Virus record (IMG/VR): IMGVR_UViG_3300031976_000907
Location: 7,351 to 71,350 of that record
Reading direction: 5' to 3' (one strand)
DNA: 64,000 bases
DNA from: a virus
The position numbers were made by a program, and so were the translations under genes. The notes under the pieces were generated by a model. It ran no database searches. It was not told where the DNA came from and saw nothing but the letters and a program-made list of their open reading frames with translations. Numbering within the stretch: position 1 is the first letter of the stretch; every line of letters starts with the position of its first letter. Below are positions 34,963 to 45,114 of the stretch, one piece after another.

Positions 34963-35324
34963 TGCTAGACGTATTTCAATGGCTCATTTTGGCGTTATTC
35001 GCCAGCGTTATTTACTGTGCGTTAAACAATCTACTCTACGCACACAAAGCACATAACGTACCAACGCTTGTTAAATGGATTGGGATTACTAACAGTATTA
35101 TGATCTTACAGGCAGCAAGTTACATACTGCTGCAGGTAGAATGGATTGTTGAAGACCACGGAAATGACGTCGGTGATACGACGGATGTACTGTGGCTTTT
35201 TTATGACTACTTCACAGGCTTTTGTTTATTAGCTTACGCCAAGACATTAAGCGTCTACCTACGCTGGCAAAGTGAAGCGACAGGGCAAGACTATCATGGA
35301 CGTAGACGAGTAACAGACGCATAA
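34962..35324 (+). CDS. Three-TM membrane protein
   Basis: MLDVFQWLILALF start overlapping the upstream TAA; three hydrophobic stretches. Confidence 0.6.
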   Translation: MLDVFQWLILALFASVIYCALNNLLYAHKAHNVPTLVKWIGITNSIMILQAASYILLQVEWIVEDHGNDVGDTTDVLWLFYDYFTGFCLLAYAKTLSVYLRWQSEATGQDYHGRRRVTDA

Positions 35325-35328
35325 AAGA

Positions 35329-35350
35329 ACGGGAGCATTAGCTCCCGTAT
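35329..35350. terminator. Probable bidirectional terminator
   Basis: ACGGGAGC/GCTCCCGT stem between convergent genes. Confidence 0.6.
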
Positions 35351-35562
35351 TTAGTTTTACGCAGTACCCGTTTCTCAATCCAACCCTGAATGGAATCTTC
35401 ACTTAATAAGCCATGGCTTAAAAGATCATTGATTGATTCACACGTTGCATCGATAGTCCATTTACCTTGGGTAAATACAGCAAGCTGTGTTTCACCTTCT
35501 ATAGTTACTAGGCTATATCGGCGGATGTCTACTACGGTTGCAGTCATTAGGTTCACTCTCAT
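35338..35562 (-). CDS. Hypothetical protein
   Basis: 74-aa ORF ending in the terminator. Confidence 0.4.
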   Translation of the reverse strand: MRVNLMTATVVDIRRYSLVTIEGETQLAVFTQGKWTIDATCESINDLLSHGLLSEDSIQGWIEKRVLRKTKYGS

Positions 35563-35660
35563 ACTAAATTTTGGTTGTATATGTCTCTCTCTGGAGACGT
35601 ATTACCAATATAGTTGAAAAGTAAATTAAACCTAATGAAACATCTTCATCACGATTTGTA

Positions 35661-36155
35661 TCAATTTGAGCGAATTAGTTTGGTTTTGTCGCTAGATGAG
35701 CGAGTTGTACCGACCCAATATGAAATTGATGCAGCCCAAAGTGCAGATGCTTGACCAAATAGCATGTAAGCCACTTCTTTATTTGATTCAGGAATCTCAA
35801 AACTAAAGAGTGTGTACAGTAACCCACCTAAGATAAGCGTCATTGCAACGGTTATAAACGCAGGCATGTTACTGTCTTTATGGTTCTTACGAGCATCAGC
35901 AGTATCTGCAAGCTCCGCACGAAGCGTCTCAAGGCGAATAGACTCTAAACGTTCTTGGTGTTCGTACGCCCAACGTTGCAGCTCAGCAGCCTTGTCTGGA
36001 TCTCCTAGAGCACGCATAACGGCAGCAGGTGATTCTTCAACACCTAGTGCACCAGCAACCAACGAACCAACTGCAGAACCAGCAGGCCCGCCAAGCAGCG
36101 TACCGACCAGGGGAGCTGCGCTGGCAACTGTCTCTTTAATGTCAGACCAGTTCAT
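35661..36155 (-). CDS. Putative holin (3TM-like)
   Basis: APLVGTLLGGPAG N-terminus, two C-terminal TMs, YWVGTTRSSSDK; follows the endolysin. Confidence 0.7.
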   Translation of the reverse strand: MNWSDIKETVASAAPLVGTLLGGPAGSAVGSLVAGALGVEESPAAVMRALGDPDKAAELQRWAYEHQERLESIRLETLRAELADTADARKNHKDSNMPAFITVAMTLILGGLLYTLFSFEIPESNKEVAYMLFGQASALWAASISYWVGTTRSSSDKTKLIRSN

Positions 36156-36514
36156 TACTTTCCCTCCCAACGAGCCTTATTCGAGCGCGTATCGACGTGA
36201 GTAAATGTGTTGTAGCTTCCTAAACCATATTGGTTAGGGAACTTAGCGTTGAGGTAATCAAAAACGATTGCAGGTGAAACACCGTTTACAACAATGTCAG
36301 CTGCTCGACCAAACTGGTGTTGAGATCGAGGAGATCCACCAATCTTAGTGTTATGGTTTGGGCATCGACACCCAGAGTTGATGGTGACAGAGTGCGCGAA
36401 GTGCTCACGAACAATCGTAAGCACCTCCAACAGTTCTGCATCAACGGTGTTATACCCACAGCCACATTCACACTCGAATTCGCTACGGTTAAAGTACTCG
36501 TTGAACTGTGTCAT
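36155..36514 (-). CDS. Peptidase M15A endolysin
   Basis: EFECECGCG, INSGCRCPNHN, SQHQFGRAADI, FTHVDTR. Confidence 0.9.
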   Translation of the reverse strand: MTQFNEYFNRSEFECECGCGYNTVDAELLEVLTIVREHFAHSVTINSGCRCPNHNTKIGGSPRSQHQFGRAADIVVNGVSPAIVFDYLNAKFPNQYGLGSYNTFTHVDTRSNKARWEGK

Positions 36515-36981
36515 GAGAAGACTGGCTCCTTAAAGTTTACGGATTTAAGAAGCTTGCCTGCAGGGTAGTTTTTACCGTCAAAGCCTGTTTGATCGGCTGC
36601 AGATACAACTGCAGTAATTCCACTGGCTGGCGTACGGTAACTACATTGCACACCTAACTTCTCATATTTATGAGCTGTCTGTACCGCTTCAAAGCGATCA
36701 CTACAGAACTTACTCATATTCGATTGATGGACTTCATCCATATCTGCATCGGCGTTAACACCAGCACGGTATGCCAACCCATAAGTAGTAACGAGGACGT
36801 CAGCAATTGCGTCGCGTACTTCGGTGAAGTTATGCTCTTTGATTGCATCAACTAGCTCCTGAAACTCTTCTTGGATTAGTTCTAGCTGAGACGCGAGTGC
36901 GTCCCAGTCTGGAGATGTAGGGTTACCTTGCGTATTACCAATGAGGTGGTTTAATTCACACACGTCAGTAAAGTTGCTCAT
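36511..36981 (-). CDS. MazG-like NTP pyrophosphohydrolase
   Basis: LIQEEFQEL...EVRDAIAD...EVHQSNMSK...GKLLK. Confidence 0.88.
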   Translation of the reverse strand: MSNFTDVCELNHLIGNTQGNPTSPDWDALASQLELIQEEFQELVDAIKEHNFTEVRDAIADVLVTTYGLAYRAGVNADADMDEVHQSNMSKFCSDRFEAVQTAHKYEKLGVQCSYRTPASGITAVVSAADQTGFDGKNYPAGKLLKSVNFKEPVFS

Positions 36982-37211
36982 TAAACGCCTCCCAGTTCTT
37001 TGTGAAGTTCCTGGAAGCCGCCAATGTGACGTTCACCCTCAAAGATCTGAGGGACAGTACTAAAGCCTTTGGCTTTAAAATCTTGCAACAGCTGTTCGTT
37101 ACCTTCTGCCGTTAGATCGACATATTCGTACGAGACGAATGTACGGTTACACAACTGTTTAGCTTGTTCGCACCATGTGCAGGTTTTTGATCCGTAGATT
37201 GTTACTTCCAT
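36981..37211 (-). CDS. Glutaredoxin
   Basis: CTWC active site, TVPQIF, IGGF. Confidence 0.92.
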   Translation of the reverse strand: MEVTIYGSKTCTWCEQAKQLCNRTFVSYEYVDLTAEGNEQLLQDFKAKGFSTVPQIFEGERHIGGFQELHKELGGV

Positions 37212-37927
37212 TAAATAAGTCCTACCTCTGAGAAGCCCATTACCAACTCTTTACACACATCACTGCGAACAATGTCATCGAAAGAGTTGAAGTCTATGTG
37301 TTGAATGCAACGCTTAAGGCGAGGCGATTCTTCACGAATTGTTAAGAACTGGCGTAAACCAGATCCGCTTGAAAGATCACACTGAGCGACGTCGCCACAC
37401 AGTACGAGTGTTGAATTTTTACCGACACGGGTAACGATGGATTTGAGTTCAGCCATCGTGCAGTCTTCTGCTTCATCCACAATGATGAAGGCGTTATCCC
37501 AGCTATTACCTTTCACGTTTTCTAAGGGTACGAAATCCAGCATCTGAATCTCTTCTTTAAGCATGTAGCTCAATTGACCATGTGAAAACTCTTGCTGCAG
37601 CGCGCCTAATACTGGACGAAGCCAGTGACGCATTTTTTCTTCGTGGGAACCTTTAGCGAAACCAACTGATTTAGATGCTGAGACAGCAGGGCGCATTAAT
37701 ATAATGTTGGTGATCGCACTTTGTTTTAACCATAAAGATGCAATTCGTGTGGGAATATAAGTTTTAGATGTTCCGGGATAGCCTGTGGCAAATGTGATGG
37801 GAGAAGATTTAATACACTCAATATATTCAGACTGTATTTGATTTAATGGTTCAAGTGGAGCAGCTGGTTGCCAAGCACTCTCTGCCTTTTCGTGGCGAGT
37901 TGGTGCTTTCCTTGAGTTTTTACCCAT
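37211..37927 (-). CDS. phoH: PhoH-family ATPase
   Basis: GYPGTSKT, MRPAV, KGNSWDNAFIIVDEAE, GDVAQCD, DIVRS. Confidence 0.9.
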   Translation of the reverse strand: MGKNSRKAPTRHEKAESAWQPAAPLEPLNQIQSEYIECIKSSPITFATGYPGTSKTYIPTRIASLWLKQSAITNIILMRPAVSASKSVGFAKGSHEEKMRHWLRPVLGALQQEFSHGQLSYMLKEEIQMLDFVPLENVKGNSWDNAFIIVDEAEDCTMAELKSIVTRVGKNSTLVLCGDVAQCDLSSGSGLRQFLTIREESPRLKRCIQHIDFNSFDDIVRSDVCKELVMGFSEVGLI

Positions 37928-38020
37928 ACGGAAAAGATCCTTAAATAAATAATAAAATAGAAATAGTTAGATTGCATTTATATACTGACCCATATTCTGT
38001 TATTTAAAGGTATTTCTCTC

Positions 38021-38356
38021 ATGAGTAGATTAACTATTACGGCAGATAACCATTACATTCTCAAGCTCGTTTATAAAGATGGTGATGGCTTTCCCGTAGA
38101 TTTATCAGGTGCAAGTGCTAAATTTGTTTTAAGACGAAGCATGTACTCGCCAATATTAATTGAACGCAGTGCCGTTATAACTGAGGCGGAAGGTGTTATT
38201 AAAATAGCACTGGTTCCGGCTGATACGGTAGATTTATTAGATAATGTTTTAGAAGAAACATTTATTTACGGCGTACAGCTTACTCAAGCCGATGGTATTA
38301 AAACTAATATCGTTGATGGTGAAGCTGTTATTCAACAAAACATCGTTCGAGGTTAA
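38021..38356 (+). CDS. BppU-N-like attachment protein
   Basis: DGFPVDLSGASAKF...YGVQL pattern; analogous to 22964-23368. Confidence 0.55.
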   Translation: MSRLTITADNHYILKLVYKDGDGFPVDLSGASAKFVLRRSMYSPILIERSAVITEAEGVIKIALVPADTVDLLDNVLEETFIYGVQLTQADGIKTNIVDGEAVIQQNIVRG

Positions 38357-38358
38357 TA

Positions 38359-39960
38359 ATGGCTGACAACACTATTGAGTTGGTTCAAAAAGAGAATGAC
38401 GTAGTTCATATCTACGATCCGACAATGGGGATGAAGTACTCAGCAAGTGCTTCTAACCCGTTTACTAAAGCAGAAGCGACTGAAGCAACTATCAATAGTA
38501 TTGCAGTCCTTGAAGGCATGTCGCAGATCCAGCTTCTCTGGACGCAGTCCGACGAAGCTGATCACGACTACACAGAGATTTACCGATCAGAAACAGATGA
38601 CCCAAATACAGCACTGTTAGTTGGGACATCAAAAGCGACAGCCTACAACGACTCAGTTGATGCGGGCGTAACTTATTACTACTGGTTACGTCCTGTTAGC
38701 TATAACGGTGAGTACGGTGCACTGTCTGATGGTGTTACAGCGACAAGCGGTAACAACCCATCTCGTTTTGCACAAGCATTGGGAACAGCACTGACAGACG
38801 ATAACTTATCGCCGTCTATGATATCGGCAATTGAAGATCTTATTGCTGATGCGACAGACTCAACTTTGTTATCACTGCAAGCCAGTATTGAAACGTTGAA
38901 CGTAGACTTAGCAGGTTTGAGTAACCTTGCTAGCCTAGTTACATCGATCAATACACTACGTGCTGAGTTAGAAGCTGAAGACGTTGCCATTCGTGCTGAG
39001 ATGACTGAGAAGTTCACAGCATTGGCTACAAACGAGACAGCGTTTCTAAACCAAATTGAATCACTGGAAACTGCACTTTCTAACGAAGAGCGTTCTCGTA
39101 TAGCAGCAATCGAGCAGGAGCAGACACTGCGTGCCAACGCATTGGCTGTGACGGCTGAGAACATTACGTCAGTCAGTGCAGACTTGGTAACAGAAGCTCA
39201 GGAACGCGCTGCAGCGATTGAAGCAGAAGCCCTGGCTCGTACAACAGATATTGCATCGGTATCCAGTGACATTACGGCACTTACCGCATCACTATCTACA
39301 ACAGCACAAGAACTGAACTCAGCGATTAGCTCTGAGGCTCAACTACGTGTTAGCGAAGATACGTCGTTAGCCTCGTTGATTAACTCGTTGTCATCAACAT
39401 TAGATAACGCAATCAGCGATGTACAGGCAGCCATCTCAACAGAGTCTGCTACACGAGTGTCTACAGTTAATGCATTGGCTCAAACTGTTAGTAACTACAC
39501 CACAACGTTAAACGGCAACACATCGTCTATATCAACGCTAACAGCCTCTGTAGATGGCTTACAGGCTGAGTACGCTGTGAAGACAGATGTGAATGGTCGT
39601 GTTGCTGGTATTGGCTTAATGAATGACGGAACAACGTCTACTTTTGCTATCGAAGCAGATAACTTTGAAGTCTACGATCCAGATAGTGCTGATCTAGTAT
39701 TTGGTACATCTAATGGCGTCACCATGATTGATGGTGCGTACATTAAAGATGCATCTATTGGCTCAGCGTCTATTGAATCTCTCGATGCTGCCAAGATCTC
39801 TGCAGACACGCTCTCAGCGATTCGAGCAGACATGGGTACGATTACAGCAGGGTACATGGCAAACAACACAGGACGCTTTGTTATTGATTTAAACAACAAT
39901 TCTCTAAAAGTATTTGATGCCAGTGGTGTTCTTCGAGTACAGCTTGGAGATCTTGGCTAA
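38359..39960 (+). CDS. Lambda-J-like central fibre fragment (FN3 plus coiled coil plus DUF1983-like C-terminus)
   Basis: LLW...EIYRS...YYYWLRPV FN3; YAVKTDVNGRVAGIGL...FAIEAD.F...AYIKDASI...LRVQLG. Confidence 0.8.
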   Translation: MADNTIELVQKENDVVHIYDPTMGMKYSASASNPFTKAEATEATINSIAVLEGMSQIQLLWTQSDEADHDYTEIYRSETDDPNTALLVGTSKATAYNDSVDAGVTYYYWLRPVSYNGEYGALSDGVTATSGNNPSRFAQALGTALTDDNLSPSMISAIEDLIADATDSTLLSLQASIETLNVDLAGLSNLASLVTSINTLRAELEAEDVAIRAEMTEKFTALATNETAFLNQIESLETALSNEERSRIAAIEQEQTLRANALAVTAENITSVSADLVTEAQERAAAIEAEALARTTDIASVSSDITALTASLSTTAQELNSAISSEAQLRVSEDTSLASLINSLSSTLDNAISDVQAAISTESATRVSTVNALAQTVSNYTTTLNGNTSSISTLTASVDGLQAEYAVKTDVNGRVAGIGLMNDGTTSTFAIEADNFEVYDPDSADLVFGTSNGVTMIDGAYIKDASIGSASIESLDAAKISADTLSAIRADMGTITAGYMANNTGRFVIDLNNNSLKVFDASGVLRVQLGDLG

Positions 39961-40244
39961 TGGCTCAGGGTCTTCGTTTACTCAACGATAATGGGGTGTC
40001 GTACTTCGACACCTCTAAAACCACATGGAACTTTGTAAAGTATCTGGTTGCGCCGGAAGGTACAGATATCAGTTGGGAAGTTCCTGAGATGAATAACTTT
40101 ACTGACATTATTATCAGTACGCAGTTACTTGATGCTCTTTGGGGTGGTCAAGAAAACTACGTTCACACGGTGTCTCGTTCTGGTGACACTATTACCGCGA
40201 CAGGCGGTGCTATTGCTACGGCTATTCTTATTTTAGGACGCTAA
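39960..40244 (+). CDS. Small tail-tip protein
   Basis: MAQGLRLLNDNG..FD motif typical of genes following J-like proteins. Confidence 0.6.
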   Translation: MAQGLRLLNDNGVSYFDTSKTTWNFVKYLVAPEGTDISWEVPEMNNFTDIIISTQLLDALWGGQENYVHTVSRSGDTITATGGAIATAILILGR

Positions 40245-40245
40245 T

Positions 40246-41205
40246 ATGTACGGTATCTCGGTACGTAATGAAGACAACCATATACTGGTTAGTTCAGACA
40301 TACGTTCGTTTCACTTCATGGGTGAAGCAGCTCTCTTCTCTAATGACGACTCAGGCTTAACAACCTTCACAGGTTACGGTGGTGATGGATTACTGTCTGG
40401 ACGGTGTACTTATACTTTTCGTATAGCTGCAATTAACGATCAGTCTCCGCTCGTCTTTATTCGTCCGGGGGCGCACGATACGCGTTACGGCGTATTACGT
40501 ACCTGGTACGAAACTGGTTACTGGTACTTTAAGATCTTACAGCATGGCCCAACGTTTCAGCACCCACGAGTGTATGCGTTTACACAGTTAAGCGGTGTGA
40601 CTGAACCTGTGGCTGACACTGGGCTTGTAACCTATCTGGATAACGGTGAAGTAGCGTTTGATTCTGGACGACGCCCTATGGCAATCCACGACGTTGCTAT
40701 GGCTATACCGCCAAACATGCCTTGTGATACGACACCTACAAATTACAGTTACGGTAACTGGAACCAAAGCAGTTGGTTAAGTAGCTACGGCGATTACCAC
40801 TGTGACACGACTTTTAATACGTATGATGTAGCTCCTGCAGCACGTGAAGACATCGCTTTTCTGGCGCCTTCTATTGCAGAGTCTGTCATTGATAACGTGT
40901 ACTCAGGTTATTACAAATCATGTGGTTACGGTGGCTCATGTCAGGAACACCGCGCTTACACATGGTGGTGGGCTATGTACCACGCTGCTTATGGATTGCA
41001 GGGAGGCGACTCTGGTCTCCAACTGACAGCGGGTTGGTCAACAATTCGTGCTGGTTACTCTTTTAACCAGAATGCAGAAGGTGGCGGTTGGTTTGGTGGT
41101 AGTGGTAAATCTTACTCATCAGGTGCACGTCCTTACTCTGAAAAGACCATTAACCTTGTGACTAACCCAATAATCTTAATTAACGCGAGTCATTACGATG
41201 CCTAA
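40246..41205 (+). CDS. Putative receptor-binding tail-tip protein
   Basis: MYGISVRN and GLVTYLDNGEVAFDS repeats; Trp/Tyr/Gly-rich C-terminus. Confidence 0.6.
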   Translation: MYGISVRNEDNHILVSSDIRSFHFMGEAALFSNDDSGLTTFTGYGGDGLLSGRCTYTFRIAAINDQSPLVFIRPGAHDTRYGVLRTWYETGYWYFKILQHGPTFQHPRVYAFTQLSGVTEPVADTGLVTYLDNGEVAFDSGRRPMAIHDVAMAIPPNMPCDTTPTNYSYGNWNQSSWLSSYGDYHCDTTFNTYDVAPAAREDIAFLAPSIAESVIDNVYSGYYKSCGYGGSCQEHRAYTWWWAMYHAAYGLQGGDSGLQLTAGWSTIRAGYSFNQNAEGGGWFGGSGKSYSSGARPYSEKTINLVTNPIILINASHYDA

Positions 41206-42382
41206 GTTCCATGAAGTCGTCTATTACAACGAAGGTGCTGTCTACAAAGAAAAGACTCACCATCAGTTAATGCAAGAATATACATTCAGCCAAGATGCTG
41301 ACCCTATCTTTAACCAAGTGAAAAACGACAATAAGCGTTATTGGGTAACTGAACAGTTCAAAGCGTTTTTCCCACCTAGTGACGTAGCGCCAGCTGAACT
41401 AGAGCATTACCCACTAGCACCTGCAGTAACACTTTGGCTTTGTGTAGCGGTTAAAGAGAAGTGGGATCAAGATAACTTTGATCTCTTTTTTGCTATTGAT
41501 AGTGCTGAAGCGCTTAGTGATATTGCTGATTTCTATGGTTTACCTAATCCAAGTACAGACGAACTGAACCAAGTCATCGATGGAGCACCTGAAACCATAG
41601 CCATGTACAACGTAGAAGGGCGTCCCGTTGTAGTCGGTGCGGTTAAATATGTTGATGGCTCACCAACATTCTTAAAGCTCTACACTTACCCTAAAGACAT
41701 TGGTGCTTGGGATTTGTGGATGAAGGGTACGGCTTACTACAACCAAGGTAAGGTGTGGGAAGAGGGCGGTTACTTTAAACGTTTATGTGGTGGTGTAACG
41801 ACGCCTGGTAGTGATCACAATGGTCGTATGTCTGATATGACTGAAGTTAAAATCCGCTCACGTCGTGCAGATGGCATACGTACACAATACCGATTCTTTG
41901 ATGCCGAAGCAGATAATCCATTTATTGCTTGGGCTGGTTTTGAATCAGACGGAAGTAAACGAGTGTTTGAACCGTCTAAGTATATTTATTCAGTATTGGG
42001 TTCATTTGCTGATAAAGGTATTAACTTTGAAGACGAGCATGATTTATCAGAAGCGTCAGCACTTTGGTTTGCAAGATCCCATTACGGGAACCCAGAAGAG
42101 TTTGCTGAAGTATATTTTGCTGCAACAAGTTCTGATCAAGTTAAACAAGTTTCTGACTACTATGGTTTACAAACACCATTAAATGAAACACTGGCAGCAG
42201 AATTAGATTCAGGTAACGGGCGCTTTCGAGTAAGGCATTATAATTTTGGTGATTCGTTAATATGTATTAACGCAGGCTCTGTAATATTTAAGCAGGGTGT
42301 ACCTATCAAAATATTATTTTATGCGTTCCAACGTCCTTGGGAATATGAGGATGAACTTATAGCACCCACACATTTAATTTAA
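41198..42382 (+). CDS. Hypothetical protein with internal duplication
   Basis: LW...FFA..S.EAL..IADFYGLPNP and LW...YFA..S.DQV..VSDYYGLQTP halves. Confidence 0.6.
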   Translation: MPKFHEVVYYNEGAVYKEKTHHQLMQEYTFSQDADPIFNQVKNDNKRYWVTEQFKAFFPPSDVAPAELEHYPLAPAVTLWLCVAVKEKWDQDNFDLFFAIDSAEALSDIADFYGLPNPSTDELNQVIDGAPETIAMYNVEGRPVVVGAVKYVDGSPTFLKLYTYPKDIGAWDLWMKGTAYYNQGKVWEEGGYFKRLCGGVTTPGSDHNGRMSDMTEVKIRSRRADGIRTQYRFFDAEADNPFIAWAGFESDGSKRVFEPSKYIYSVLGSFADKGINFEDEHDLSEASALWFARSHYGNPEEFAEVYFAATSSDQVKQVSDYYGLQTPLNETLAAELDSGNGRFRVRHYNFGDSLICINAGSVIFKQGVPIKILFYAFQRPWEYEDELIAPTHLI

Positions 42383-42386
42383 ATAG

Positions 42387-42409
42387 AAACCCGCTTAGGC
42401 GGGTTTTTT
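42387..42409 (+). terminator. Rho-independent terminator
   Basis: AAACCCGC-TTAG-GCGGGTTTTTT. Confidence 0.8.
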
Positions 42410-42567
42410 ATTACTTAAAACACAACATGTAGTGGTATTTATGTAAATAAATTTGTTTATATTGTGTTTAAGTCGTTAGAATGCCTGTCAAAGACTGATA
42501 TTTAATATCAAGCCGACAAGGGGCTTTTATAATAGCTCTTTTATTTAATTACAGGTACGGACGTAAT

Positions 42568-44706
42568 ATGAAAGACGCTGATATGCAATATACGGCGCTG
42601 AGTATTCAAAAGCTTACTGAGTGGTCAAATGAACCCTCAGTTGCAGAGCTTAAACAAGATTACTCAGATGCCAAAAACGAAACAGATTCTCACGTATCTG
42701 ATGTAAACCGTTGGCTTGATAATCTACACGTAAAAGGATCTGCGAAGCAGGCTTATTCAAAAGGTAAGTCCAGCATCCAACCAAAACTAATTCGCAAACA
42801 AGCTGAGTGGCGCTACTCAGCACTGAGTGAACCGTTTTTATCGACACCTGATGTATTTAATATCTCTCCAGTTAGTTGGGAAGATAAAAAGTCTGCACAG
42901 CAGAATCAGATGGTATTGAACAACCAGTTCAACACTAAGATTGAAAAGACTAAGTTCATTGATGAGTACATCCGTACTGCAGTGGACGAAGGCACCGTCA
43001 TTGTACGAGTGGGTTGGGATTATGAAGAGCGTGAAGAGACGCGCACTGAAATCCTTTACGACTTTGTGCCTGCAAATGATCCCTCCATCGCTAACCAGTA
43101 TCAGCAACTGGCTCAGTTACTTCAGAGCAATCCTGAAGCTTTTGCACAGCAAGTTCCATCCGAAATCCAGGAAGCTCTCCAGCTTTCAATCGAGAATGGG
43201 CAAGTGCTTGTACCTGTAGAGTCTGGCGAAGAACAGGTTACTGAAACAGTGCCTGTTCGGAACCAACCTACTCTAGAGATTTGTGATTACCGCAACGTTG
43301 TTATTGATCCGTCATGCGGCGGTGATATGGAAAAAGCACGGTTTGTGGTTTACACCTTTGAAACGTCACTTGATGAACTACGTCGTGACGGCAAGTACAA
43401 AAACCTAGATGCGATTCGTGTTACCAACAGTTCAATACTGGGTAACCCTGATCATGTCTCTGAAGACAACAGTGCCTTTAACTTCAATGATGAGCCACGT
43501 AAGAAATTCATGGTTCATGAGTATTGGGGTTACTGGGACATCGATGGCGAAGGTTTGGTTAAACCAATTGTTGCAGCTTGGGCAGGTGATGTACTGATCC
43601 GTTTGGATGAGAACCCATTCCCAGACGGTAAGCTGCCGTTCGTTGTCGTACCTTATCTCCCAGTCCGTAAAAGCCTCTACGGACAGCCTGACGGGGAACT
43701 ACTGGAAGATAACCAGAAGATTCTCGGAGCCGTTACCCGTGGCATGATTGATATCATGGGTAAAAGTGCAAATGGTCAGACTGGTGTACGTAAAGACGCC
43801 CTCGACCTGACCAACAAGCGCCGCTTCGATCAAGGCATGGATTACGAGTTCAATACGAACGTAGATCCTCGCCAAGCAATCTTCATGCACACCTATCCAG
43901 AGATCCCTAACTCAGCTCAGATCATGCTTCAACTCCAGAATGCTGAAGCTGAATCACTGACTGGTGTCAAAGCGTTCAATAATGGTATCAGTGGTCAGGC
44001 GCTGGGAGATACCGCAACAGGCGTACGAGGTGCATTGGATGCAGCCTCTAAACGTGAGTTGGGTATCCTACGTCGTCTAGCTGACGGCATCATTCAGATT
44101 GGTCGTAAGTTCATTGCGATGAACGCAGAGTTCCTTTCTGAAGAAGAGGTGATTCGAGTTACTAATGATGAGTTTGTAACGATTCGTCGTGACGACCTTG
44201 CGGGTAACTTTGATCTACGCCTCTCAATCTCAACTGCTGAAGAAGATAACGCTAAAGCTCAAGAGTTGGCATTCATGCTACAGACGATGGGTAACAACAT
44301 GGATCCATCTATGTCGAAGATGATCCTGTCTGACATTGCACGTCTACGTAAGATGCCAGAGTTAGCGAAACGTATTGAAGAGTATCAGCCACAACCTGAT
44401 CCAATGGCTCAGAAGAAAGCTGAACTTGAGATCATGAAGCTGCAAGCAGAGATCCAAGAACTACAGAGCCGTGCTGCTGAGAACCAAGCAAGTGCTATGT
44501 TGGATCAAGCTAAAGCAGGCATGGAACAAGTTAAAGCTGGTAACGTCCAAGCTGATACTGATCTGAAGAATCTTAACTTTGTAGAGCAAGAAGCTGGCGT
44601 TAAGCAAGAGCGTGATCTGCAAAAGCTAGGAGAACAAGCCAAAGCAAACGCTAAGCTTGAAGTTGTTAAGGCGAGCCTAAACGACAAAACCGCAACACCA
44701 CAATAA
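42568..44706 (+). CDS. Portal protein (N4 gp59-like)
   Basis: PKLIRKQAEWRYSALSEPFL, ESLTGVKAF, GALDAASKRELGILRRLA; 712 aa, upstream of capsid genes. Confidence 0.92.
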   Translation: MKDADMQYTALSIQKLTEWSNEPSVAELKQDYSDAKNETDSHVSDVNRWLDNLHVKGSAKQAYSKGKSSIQPKLIRKQAEWRYSALSEPFLSTPDVFNISPVSWEDKKSAQQNQMVLNNQFNTKIEKTKFIDEYIRTAVDEGTVIVRVGWDYEEREETRTEILYDFVPANDPSIANQYQQLAQLLQSNPEAFAQQVPSEIQEALQLSIENGQVLVPVESGEEQVTETVPVRNQPTLEICDYRNVVIDPSCGGDMEKARFVVYTFETSLDELRRDGKYKNLDAIRVTNSSILGNPDHVSEDNSAFNFNDEPRKKFMVHEYWGYWDIDGEGLVKPIVAAWAGDVLIRLDENPFPDGKLPFVVVPYLPVRKSLYGQPDGELLEDNQKILGAVTRGMIDIMGKSANGQTGVRKDALDLTNKRRFDQGMDYEFNTNVDPRQAIFMHTYPEIPNSAQIMLQLQNAEAESLTGVKAFNNGISGQALGDTATGVRGALDAASKRELGILRRLADGIIQIGRKFIAMNAEFLSEEEVIRVTNDEFVTIRRDDLAGNFDLRLSISTAEEDNAKAQELAFMLQTMGNNMDPSMSKMILSDIARLRKMPELAKRIEEYQPQPDPMAQKKAELEIMKLQAEIQELQSRAAENQASAMLDQAKAGMEQVKAGNVQADTDLKNLNFVEQEAGVKQERDLQKLGEQAKANAKLEVVKASLNDKTATPQ

Positions 44707-44772
44707 CCCCCCCACATAGCACCCCTTCGGGGGTGCATCTTTTACTACCTATCTCTCACGAGGACACAAGTA

Positions 44773-45114
44773 ATGTCACAAGATCTTGAAACGATCGAAC
44801 TATCTATCAAGCACGCTAAAAAGTCTGTTGATCTAATGAAGTCTTTGGATCGCCTAACACGTAATCGTGACTTTAAAGCGCTATTCCTGGAAGGCTACTT
44901 TGAGAAAGAGCCTGTTCGCCTGGTGACTCTTAAAGCTGATCCGAACATGCAAGATGCTGAGAGCCAAGAAGCCATCATTAAACAGATGGATGCAATTGGC
45001 ACAGTACGTCAGTACCTATCTGGCATTCTGCAGATGGGACGTATGGCTGAGAAAGCCATTGCTGATGACGAAGCAACTCGTGAAGAGATGCTAGCAGAGG
45101 AGCTTGATGCATGA
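44773..45114 (+). CDS. N4 gp58-like protein
   Basis: RLTRNRDFKALFLEGYF; synteny. Confidence 0.75.
   Translation: MSQDLETIELSIKHAKKSVDLMKSLDRLTRNRDFKALFLEGYFEKEPVRLVTLKADPNMQDAESQEAIIKQMDAIGTVRQYLSGILQMGRMAEKAIADDEATREEMLAEELDA

Noticed and set aside
26369-38643. Extra GCGACAGC matches near 26370 and 38635
   Set aside because: Inside coding sequence and lacking the CC/ACCT context and extended stem
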